Source of the DNA: Catajapyx aquilonaris
Lineage: Eukaryota
DNA: 36,732 bases
NCBI GenBank assembly: GCA_000934665.2
Contig: JYFJ02003897.1
Location: 1 to 36,732 of the forward strand
Reading direction: 5' to 3'
The position numbers and the translations under genes were made by a program. This document shows positions 19,106 through 29,234 of this stretch, one piece after another. Below the pieces are notes generated by a model. The model was given only the letters and a program-made list of their open reading frames with translations. It was not told where the DNA came from and ran no database searches. Within the stretch, counting starts at the first letter, position 1. Each line of letters begins with the position of its first letter.

Positions 19106-22100
19106 ATGCGCATCGCCCTGATGAGGCTCCTCTGCAGCTGCGCCGCCCCGGCGACCCCGAGGGCCACAGGTCAGTACTACAGCCAGCCCCCCCCTAGCAA
19201 CACACTCACACGCAGCTCTGTACAGTTCCTTCCAACTCACCCAGTTTTAATCAGATTAAGAGTGTGGATTAACGAGAGTGACAAACGCATTTTGAGGTGT
19301 GACGCCAGTAAGTTCACTAACCCACATTCCTACAGCAGTGTTGCTTATACTTATTGCTACTGTTGTTCCTGATGCCGCCCAGCATCTCTTTTTTGCAGCC
19401 TGTTAGCATGTCCTGGCCACATGGCGAATTTATGAATTAATTTAATTCCTCCACGTCTGCTCATCAAGTCCGCTTTGCATTTTGACGTAACTGCATTGCA
19501 GGCAAGGTCGTGGGATGGAGTTAGATTGTACGTGGTGGGACGGCTGGTTGGTACTCAGAGGGGCACGTTCAGTGTGGAAGTTTGGCTACGTGTATGTATT
19601 ACCATTTTAACCGCATGATCTGTTTAGGACTAGCTGCATCCATGAGCTGTTAGTAGCATTATAGTGGTGGTGGGAAGATAATGTGTGATGTTGGTGTGCA
19701 GTGGGTTCATAGCCTTCATGTAGTGGGCACTAATTAGCAATAGGGGTACAACGGTACATATCACAGCTGCAAGTGATTGATTGTGCACTGGTTATAACAC
19801 AGTTGTCCATTTTAAAGCAGTTTGCAGATAAGGTATCTTAAATGGCAATAGTTAGGTATGTGTCAGAAGGAAATTGCTTCAGAATGATATCTAATCTTCC
19901 AAAACACTCACTTTTTCCTTTGCTTTCAAAAGAGATGGTGAAACAGTACCTGAGGTTCATTTGGGTACAGAGCGTGTGAGTTTCTCTTGTACATTATGGC
20001 AATCTATTTTTGTTCAGGGATCATCATTCAGACAAACTGATGACTCATGATACTTAGTCACAAGTCAGTGTGCATTTCTCAAGCTGGTGAAACACATTAC
20101 TTTCCTAACATTTTAAGTGATATAGAATTGTCGCATTTGCATTGAATGTCATCTGTTAGCGTATGTCATATACAGTAAGTACCCATTTTACACCGTTTCA
20201 CATTAACGCTGGTTAGAATATACCGTTTTAAAATTGAAAAATTGTGACAAAGACGATAAAAACACAATCTGAACATAAACACATCACTGTAACACTTCTG
20301 AGTCCAAACACATGACCATAAATACTCTTTTTTTCGTGGTGCCTTGTGGGGGGTCTGTCAATAAATACAGTGCCTTATTGTTGGTCTCAGCACTCGCGGA
20401 AGTCTGTTAAATACCTTACATCTGCTACAGTTCTTGCCAAAAGAATGGAAAAGAGGCCTCAGAACCTGATGACCATCAACCTGGAATGTGCATAATAAAT
20501 GCTTCAAATAGTCAGCATTTAAAACAGCAATTTAAGTACTGTATGAGGGAAAATTTTGGAAATTCTATCTCATTTACTTGCATTATAATTCTGTCTCATT
20601 TTACGCCTCTTCACTTGATGATGCAATTTGCTGGAACCAATTACCAGCATAAAAAGGTACTACAGTATTTAGGTAGCCTACTGTAACATTTTTTTGCTGA
20701 CCTGTGTTATTGCTTTGTCACTGGCTCCACATATTTCTCACATGGAAATGTGATAGTGGTGTTGACAATCAAAAACCTGCACATTCTGCTTGACCTACTT
20801 ATTTTTATTTATCATTAATGTCATGTTTGTGATGCATGTATTGTTAGAAGTGATAAGCACCATTCAATTTTTAATGGAGTTCACATAAATAAATTTGAAT
20901 GAATTGAAATTTAATGGCAGCTTATTTCACTGAAGTATATGTGAATGTTAACTGCTCAGATAATGGGCAAATTAAAGTGGAAGGGAAATGATTGGCATAT
21001 AAGAACTTAAACCACTCTGGGGATTGATTATTCAAGTTGGATTGGAATTTGTGAAGAGAGCTATGAATGAGTAAATGGATGGTTAAAAGAAAGTGATGGA
21101 ATGGGACTTGAATGGCTGATGATTGGAATAGAAATGACTGTTCAATGAGTTGAAAAGAATTCATTCATTTTGAGATGAAAGGTGCCTATCACTAGTTGTT
21201 GGTGAGGGTATTTTTCTTCTTCTTTTTATGTAGTTGTATATTGAACAATTGTACAAGTCCCCAGGTCAAAGGAAGAAGTAATGGAGTGATTATTCCTGCA
21301 ACCAATTTAAAGAGAAACACAAGTGAAGGTGGCCCTGATGCAGTTGATTGCAACAGGTGTTCTTCTGTAAAGTGGTTGATGGGCTCAGCATTTCCTACTA
21401 ATGTATTCCCTTGACCAGGGGCTTGGACAGTGCACCATCTTATAAGTGTGCTCTTCGTAATGACTTCAGGCCAATTCATCCTTACATAATTATGCTGAGG
21501 ATTTCACTGTGACATTGTTATGGCTAATCTCCCTAACAAAAAAGTTGAAGAAATTGGAGCATGACACCACACATTAAATATAACATTGTCAATTGTAATA
21601 TAAAAAGGAAGCAATGGAATTCAGACTTTTTATTTACATTCCCAAGTGCTTGTGTTGCTTTTTCAGTTTTTATTGTTATTTATAGGCCAATTTCCTTGGG
21701 AATCTGATGGGTCAAGTAACTGCAGGAGTTGAGGTACCTTTTTTTGAAAATTGCCTGCTTATTTTGGCATTCTACCACTTTCCAAAAGTTATTTCTACAT
21801 CTTCTATGTTGGAATAAGCATAATGTTAAATTGTATTTATGATATTAAATTCATGGTCATGTACCAGTGTACAATTTGTGAATTAAAATTTGTCAGGAAC
21901 AGAGTGGAATGAATTTTTAACGAGCTCGGGGAAATGTAAATGTTTGCATGGTTTTTTAAAGCTGTCAAATATTTGCTAATGAAAGGCCAGGTGGAGTTCC
22001 AGTGCCCTCTAACGTAATGGGCCACTCAATCAGAAGTGCCCCTCCCACCAACATGCTGAACCACTGCAGTCATGGCAACAAAGCCAGGACAACAAAATCT

Positions 22101-25100
22101 CCCAATCCCAAATCAATCCCATTTAATCCAATACCATCAGCGTCCCCCTGAGATGACAAAGGGACAGGTAAATCAATAAGTCTTCTATGGAGATTAGTAA
22201 AAAAAAGAAGCCCATATAAAGCCTGCTGTTCTGCAGCTCCCTTTTTCATTCCTGTTTGGTTGTCACTTTGTCACATATCTTCTGCCTTTATCGTTGCTGC
22301 AGGCCCATTGGGGTCGATGGCTGGCCCTCGTCCTTTGGTTCTCTGTGGTCCAAGTGGCTCAGGGAAATCAACTCTACTGCGTCGTTTGATGGATGAGTTT
22401 GGAGAGGCCTTTGGGTTCTCTGTGTCTCACACCACTCGAGGACCTCGTCCAGGCGAGAAGGATGGGAAGCACTACCATTTTGTCTCCAGGGACGTTATGG
22501 AGGAAGCAATAAGTGACAACCAGTTCATAGAATCTGCTGAGTTTTCTGGGAATCTCTATGGGACCAGGTAATTGAGCATCAGTAGCACTATCCCACTACT
22601 AGCCGATATTTATGATTTTCTGCCCTGTGACAGAAAATGTGCAGATATGTATATTTAATGAAGGGATTTTATTGTTACATTTGATGTTGATTGGAAAGGA
22701 ACCAAAGCAACTGGCTGTCTAGCATGCATGAGCCATGCATCCTATTTGATGTTAGTACAATGTTGGACATTAATCGCGTCATACTGCTAGCGACATTTTC
22801 CAAAGTGGCAGCAAAACGAACGGATGCAATGGATCAAAAGCTGTGCAAGCAAGCTTCCTTCTTATGCCGCTTGGGAAAATCATGCTAGAAGTATGACACG
22901 ATTAATGTCCAACACTGTACACCTTATGATAATGCCATTTGTTGGTCATCAGGCCAGATATAGATAAAGTTTTGGGTAAATGGAAACTTCATAATTATCT
23001 CAATGGTATTGATGAGCCAATATGCCTACTACAATTTGCCAACATATTACATAAAATCCTGCAGAACACTATTAGATTGGTGGAGTACGCTCTCAAGTTC
23101 GCCAGCTAGAATTCAGATCAGTATTCCACATCAGGTTGTGCAAAGTACTAATTTAAACTGCTCATACTGTTGAAGCAACATAGGATTACTTTAAAAGTCA
23201 TTCCATTAGAGTTATCTAATGAGTATTGCAGAAGCCCAAAATGTCATGGTTTCCTGTGAGTACTGGATCTCCCTCCTGCCTGGTACTGTACAGTGGAGTT
23301 CACCAATGCAATCTATGGGAATGCTGGATTGGTGGACATCATGCTTCATAAATATCAAGTCATTGAAAACAATTCTGGAATTCCTGCACCGGGATGGGTT
23401 GAGGAGATTCAACAATAAAACTGACGTCCATGAGATGTGGAATTGTTTCGCAGGTTTAATGCTTACTGCATTGTGGCATGCCTTGAGAAACACATTCCAA
23501 AGTTTATGGCTATTTTTAACTTCAGGGGCATTTTTCCATGGCACTTTTATCAGTAATATTCAATAACAGGAATCAACCTTGCAGGACTGATATGTCAACT
23601 GTAAGTTATATTGCTGAAGGCCCTAGGACTTCATTCTTGTGTATACCTTCCAGAGGTTCTGCCAATGACTTAGTAATTGTGAAAATGGGTATGTAACTGT
23701 CTAATGAAACAGTCTCAGAAGCAACCCACTTTTAAAACGCCACACTTTTCACTAGATTGGGATAAAAATTGGGCTCAGACTTTGTTGAACACATCCTTAT
23801 TTATGCCAGGAAGGAAAGGGTAAGGTACAAAACAGTAGGAGATGCTCATTGGAATATAGCAATGTCAATAATGGAATAAATAATTGTATTGTCACAATTG
23901 CCTGAGTGCACAAAGCAGCTTTGTGCAAATACTAGTAACCACTCACTGTTCCTACCATATCAAGTTATTACCCCAGAATTGCCTGATAACATAAACCACA
24001 ATAGTTCGTGGTAATAACACTTATGCAAAAGCAACATTCCAGCGGGGAAGAAATGCAACTTCTCCCCTTCTGCTTCATTGCCATTAAATTCTCATAAGAA
24101 GCCATATTAATGTGTAAACATGTAAGTACCATCCACCTGCCTTCTCCTCGGACTACCGATCATTACAACTGTAGCATTGTCTGCTGCCATGCTAGCCTTC
24201 AATAATAATCTGTTATCAGGGAGTTTATGGCCCCTTCTGTCATTCTTGAGTTTGCCTAAACTGAAATAGCCTTTCCCCATACAAAATTATGGTTGCTGAG
24301 AAATGACACGATTGAGGAAAGAAAAGACATATTGTGGAAATGAACTTGATCAAAATTTACGTGGATGCTACTAGATAGTTTTTAATTGCTAGACAAATCA
24401 CTGCCAGTTTTCTGAGAAAGGAGATCACGTGATAGTTTCATTGAGAGATTTTTGAAATAAGTTACTGTAGCGTCTTTGAGCACCCTATCTTTCATAATAA
24501 TTATGTAAGTTACTGGGACCCAACAAATCCCTACAGATTTCCTGGGGCATGTCAAGCACGATACTTGACTTGCTAATGGGATTAGGTATTTCCACGATCC
24601 ACTATGACTTGAAAGCTTTTCATCATTAGGATTTTCAGCTAAGAGAGTCCATACTAATTTTTTGAAAAATAATTTCTCAAGAAGGACTTTGAATTTTTGT
24701 TTCACAGCAAAGCTGCAGTAGACGCTGTGCGGAGATCTGGACGCATCTGCGTCCTAGACATAGACATCCAAGGTGTGCAGCAGATGAAGGAAACTGATTT
24801 GCAACCTCGCTTGGTGTTTGTGAAACCTCCTGACTTCAGAGCACTGGAGGATCGCTTGAGAGCAAGAGGGACTGAAACAGAGGACACACTTAAGAGACGC
24901 CTGTCTGTTGCTCAGAAGGAAGTTGACTATGGTGAGAGTAATTTGTGAAAAGTATTATTGGAGGAGCTTTAATTATATCTTGTTTCACTTTAATTTGTAG
25001 GGGAAGCACCCGGCAATTTTGACGTAGTGATTGTCAATGATGACTTGGACAAGGCATACCAGAATTTGCGAGAATTTATTTTTCCCGACATTCAGGAGCT

Positions 25101-25146
25101 GCAGAAGGGGATAAAGGATAACCTTAATGACTCAGGCGAGGATTAA
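19106..25146 (+). CDS. GUK1: Guanylate kinase (206 aa from ATG 22317; 232 aa with the upstream in-frame exon)
   Basis: Core exons are 22303/22317-22567 ([20 protein letters not shown]...[25 protein letters not shown]...[14 protein letters not shown]), 24708-24931 (SKAAV...[11 protein letters not shown]...[16 protein letters not shown]) and 25001-25146 ([20 protein letters not shown]...*). The P-loop and guanylate kinase signature are present. Upstream exon 19106-19169 splices in frame; that part is less certain. Confidence 0.93.
20173..20665. mobile_element. Degenerate pogo/Tigger-like MITE in GUK1 intron 1
   Basis: TA|CAGTAAGTACCCATTTTACACC... versus ...GGAACCAATTACCAGCATAAAAAGGTACTACAG|TA, an imperfect TIR with TA flanks. 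Confidence 0.45.
20848..21194. mobile_element. Degenerate hAT-like MITE with a GAAT-rich interior
   Basis: AAGTGATAAGCACCATTCA versus the reverse complement of the right end, TAGTGATAGGCACCTTTCA. The flanking 8-mers ATTGTTAG / GTTGTTGG match at 6/8, consistent with an old 8-bp TSD. Confidence 0.6.
22758..22917. mobile_element. 160-bp Tc1-like MITE in a GUK1 intron
   Basis: TA|CAATGTTGGACATTAATCGCGTCATACTGCTAGC... versus ...GCTAGAAGTATGACACGATTAATGTCCAACACTG|TA. Arms are ~50 bp with a CAGTG-type terminus and TA flanks. Confidence 0.85.
23370..23502 (+). mobile_element. Possible decayed non-LTR retrotransposon ORF2 fragment
   Basis: Translates to [24 protein letters not shown] and, after a frame change, [11 protein letters not shown]. 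This is reminiscent of the linker between endonuclease and RT in CR1/L2/Jockey-group LINEs, but it is short and degenerate. Confidence 0.3.
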
Positions 25147-25218
25147 AACCATTACGCTGTTGCCAAGTACACTCACTAACAAGAAATGTTAGATATAGTT
25201 AAGCATTCCTTCAGGTAT

Positions 25219-25317
25219 AATAAATTTATTGTGGCCAATATCTCCTCCCAAGATTACTCCTACTTTGCAGGGAGCTGGAAGTACAACAAGGCATGATTTG
25301 TTACAAAGACCAATAAA
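25219..25317 (+). terminator. Candidate GUK1 polyadenylation signals
   Basis: AATAAA at 25219-25224 and 25312-25317, downstream of the stop at 25146. Confidence 0.45.
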
Positions 25318-26059
25318 TGTGTAATATATCTCAGTTACGTTGGGCTTACTTTCAATGCATGACTGTGGGGCAATTTCCTCGTAGTTGTTTTTTTCTGAAA
25401 CAAAGTTAATTATGATAGTCAATATGTTTCTCGCCATTACCTGGCCTACAGTTCAATAGCTTTTTGGAAGGAATTGCCTGAATATTTTCTCTTCCATGTC
25501 CATTTTCACTGCAAGGTCAGAGGGTAAATTCAAGTGGCAGAGTTGATGCATTCATGTATGCAGCAATGATTTTTTTATGTAAATGGACAATGATAAAATG
25601 TGGTTTTGAGGTATGCCATGGGCAGACACTGCAAGTGCTTAAGCTGTGCTATGATGCGTAAAGGTCTCACCCAGATGTATCCTGGCACAATACCACCACC
25701 AGCACTCCTTTTTTTTTTTTTAATGGTGAATGCCTGGATATTTTTTCACAGCACATTACTGCTGGTCTTGTAGATATGTGCCTGTCAAGGTAAGTGTTGC
25801 AGAAGTATTCTGTGATCAGTTACATCACTGTTTTTGGGTAGTTTTTGAATTTTGATGTTTTTCATATTTTATAGATATATTTTATGGATATCGAGCCCCT
25901 GTTATGCATAGTTTCATTATTCACCATTTGAAAATATTAAATAAATATTGATTCCGATATTAAATATTTAAAATCCAACCCTTTTTAAAATAGTTAAATT
26001 AAACTTCTCATAGATAATTAGCCTTATACGTATGTCAAAAGTATCATACATACATAGGG

Positions 26060-26117
26060 TTTGATTTATCCATGGGTAGGCTTGGAACCAATTAACCAAG
26101 GATATGAGGGTCCACTG
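26060..26117. mobile_element. Right end of a Tigger/pogo-like element
   Basis: TTATCCATGG...GGAACCAATTAACCAAGGATATGAGGGTCCACTG, which shares GGAACCAATTA with the element end at ~20633. Confidence 0.4.
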
Positions 26118-27161
26118 CATAATTATGTGCTCCCTAGTAAGCCACATGAATATGACAACAGCCCTATAGTGACTAAGGTTTTTGATAAGAAATCAAGACC
26201 TTGACCTACTATATGTAAAGAGGTTAGGTATTTAACAACTATTGGTCATGCAAAATACTATGAATGTTCGAGGTAATGAAATGACGTAAATGGAATCCGG
26301 AGATTTGGCGAACAGCACGTACAGCACCTCATTTTCGAGCCGAAATTACGACGCGATGTTTTTCTTGCAACCATTTGTAGATCAAAAAACGGCGTCTTTA
26401 ATTGCTTTGCTTTTTGCTATTTTCCAAGTTTACGGAAACTATTAACAACTACAAGTAGAAAGCAGGTTGCATATGGCATGGTAGGCCAGATCTTTTCCGA
26501 TTGTGACGTCTGCATTAAGAATAAATATCTTAACTAACCTTTTAATAGAGTGGAGGTGTAAATTTTCTACCTATTTGCAATATAGTGTTGCTATGCAGGA
26601 GCCGGGGACTTCTTACATTGCAAATACAGTATACTACACTTCTATCCCCTCAAAGATCGAAATTCCCTGGTAAAACACGTTTCAAATGGCAAAGGCAAGG
26701 CCGCATGGTGGGACGCATATATGCCAGGATATTTTCATCTCGGTGACGAGAGATGTGGCCCAGCGGAGACGTGACCAAGTAACACCTTACTACCGAGGGA
26801 CAGGTGTACTTGTATAGTGTCAAAAGTCACCGACCTGAAAGAAGCATATTGTTTTTATGCAGGTATAGTAACTCAGAATGTTTTCATTCTGACCAAGCAA
26901 AATCTGGCTGTATGATGGAATCTGACTGATTACAACTCATCCTAACAATATTTTCTATGTTCTGCTAGTTGCCTGTCCAATAAGCGAAACGCAATACCTT
27001 GCTGTAAGACAATAATTCTCTGCAATTTTCGCATCCTCCTACGACGTCTTCATATATCAATATTTCACGAAGCGTGCTGCCTGTGTCACGGTCCGCATGG
27101 TGCACATCCTGCACCGTAAAAAGTGATATCCTACTGACAAGTGCCGCACCCAACCTCCTTT

Positions 27162-27183
27162 TATATATATATATATATATATA
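27162..27183. repeat. (TA)n microsatellite
   Basis: A run of about 11 TA units. Confidence 0.9.
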
Positions 27184-27374
27184 TTTTTTTAAATCTTTTT
27201 GCGAAATCAGCAAACTTCCGAAACGGTTTAATTTGGAAAAGCGGGTCACTGACATGCGAGAGGGCAGCCAGGGAGCGATACACCACAAGGTGGAAGAACA
27301 TGTGCCAAGTGGGTTCGCTTGCTCACCTCCGCCGAAGAGGCAGCCAACGTGTGTTTCTTCTGATGTGAGCTCGC

Positions 27375-27402
27375 GTGTGTGTGTGTGCTGCTGCTGCTGC
27401 TG
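27375..27402. repeat. Compound (GT)n(GCT)n microsatellite
   Basis: GTGTGTGTGTGTGCTGCTGCTGCTGCTG. Confidence 0.8.
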
Positions 27403-29152
27403 GCGACACCATTCACCGGATGCAAAAGAGCATTCTAGCGAGATGCCGTGCAAGCCAATTTCTATATTTAAAGTCCCCGCGCTGCTACAGCCACACCGGC
27501 TCTATATACCTATCACATATCTCCTTTTTTTCTCTATTCCTCCTCCCCCAAATCCTTATCGGTTGATCGCCCTCGCTCCCTTTTATTCTAAGAGAGAATT
27601 GCATTTATAAAAAATTTGGATTCTTTTTTTTCAGGCTAGACAGTTCAAAGACGTCTGATACTATAGAGTCGAATGGCCTGGTCTTTTGTTTGAACCAGCC
27701 GCTTCTGGGATGAATTGTTTCTAAATGCAGCATGGATTGTATCATTGTCTGTAAAGTTTTGACGGGCTCTAATTGTTTCACAAACAATCATGCAGCAGCA
27801 ATGAAATACAAGGCACTAAAATTGGCCGGATTGTTAAGTCTGTAAAGTTTTGACAGGCTGCGTTTCATTATTACGATTTGTTTGAAAAACAATCAAAAGC
27901 AATGAACAGCATATATTACTGTAAGTGGAGGCACAGATACAATCCGGCCTAACTTCTGCTCTTTTTTACTAGCAGATTCAAGTATATAAGTTTGGGGAGT
28001 TATCTGATTCCGGCGGAAATACACCTACTTAACAGCAGCAGTAACGTTCTGTTACGCCGAGTACCACTATTCAGCGTGTCGTCGTCGTCGTTTGTCGCGT
28101 AATTAGGGCGGTAATTACCTGTAAAGAATCCAAATATAGTTTCTTACACCTCGGTTTTCGTCGGCACAAGTGCAATAAATCCTTCCCCACATAGCCATTT
28201 TAAGTCCATTTTTATCCAAAGAGAGCGCCGGCACAAAACAGTCTCAACTTCCCCTTCTGACAATTTCCGGTCGAGATATGATGCTTTTAAAAATATTCTC
28301 TAGACGACAAAACGCCCCGGAATATTTTCATAATTCGGTCTCGACTGTCAGTTTTTTTCCTGTTTTGCGGTTTATAATGAGGTTTGGCACCCATGCGGAT
28401 GTTTTGGATGCCTAAGTGTCAGGATAACGAGTTTAGTCGTGTATTATGTTTCGAAATGCGACAAAAATACTAACTGGTATCGCCAGCACAGTTTTTGAAG
28501 TTGTATATATCTGTCGCAACATTGCAAGCCTGCGATTTGAAATTGTTGCACACAAATGACGCACCGTATAGATAATAGTTCAAACTAATGATGTATAGTA
28601 CTAAGCAATAGGAAGTAGTCTTATAAGTTGAATAAAATCCACAAGAAACATTTTGTTACATCATCACTTGGCATTTCTGTAATAGCTGTAATATGGTATA
28701 CTTAAGTGTCCTGCATCTGCTGCCATGATTTTCACATCAGTTGCAGCTCTTACGTGTACTGTACTGTATTTCCTGTGTAATTTATTATGCCATCAATTAT
28801 TATAGTTGATACTAGATTCTGGCTCTTATTTAACCTTATGGTAGTGTTGCTGTTTCATTCAGTTTAACGTGAATTTTCAACCTTTTGGCCCCCGATAAAA
28901 GACACTAATAATAATTGATTGATGGATACCGAGCTGTCCCGCTCGCGAACGAAACATGACAAACAACTCAGACCGCTAATTCCAACCAGAGTACGAGCAT
29001 ATATCCGTGGTATAATATTTCACTTCCCAAGAAACCCTGCAGCAAAGGCGGTGAAACCCAATGCGTCCAGCGACTGACTCCGGCCACAATAAGATTGCCG
29101 ACTCATGTNGGCGTCTGAGGTCACCCTCCTCAAAAACCTTTGTCCCACCACC

Positions 29153-29234
29153 GTTTTTTTTTTTTTTCCTTTTACTGTGTCCGAATCTGGATAAAGGCCA
29201 TTATGTGGCCTTAGACCCAAGCCGATTCAGACCC
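29153..29234 (-). mobile_element. Possible 3' tail of an L2-like LINE/SINE
   Basis: The minus strand reads ...AAGGCCACATAATGGCCTTTATCCAGATTCGGACACAGTAAAAGG(A)n, a GGCC stem-loop followed by an A tail. Confidence 0.4.

Noticed and set aside
26210..26545. Weak AGGTTAG...CTAACCT inverted ends near TTAA-like flanks (Kolobok-like)
   Set aside because: Only ~7 bp match, which is insufficient without a repeat library.
26965..27610. Overlapping 162-aa and 178-aa ORFs with poly-Q, poly-C and YIYI runs
   Set aside because: They are produced by TA, GT and GCT microsatellites, with no domain or splice support.
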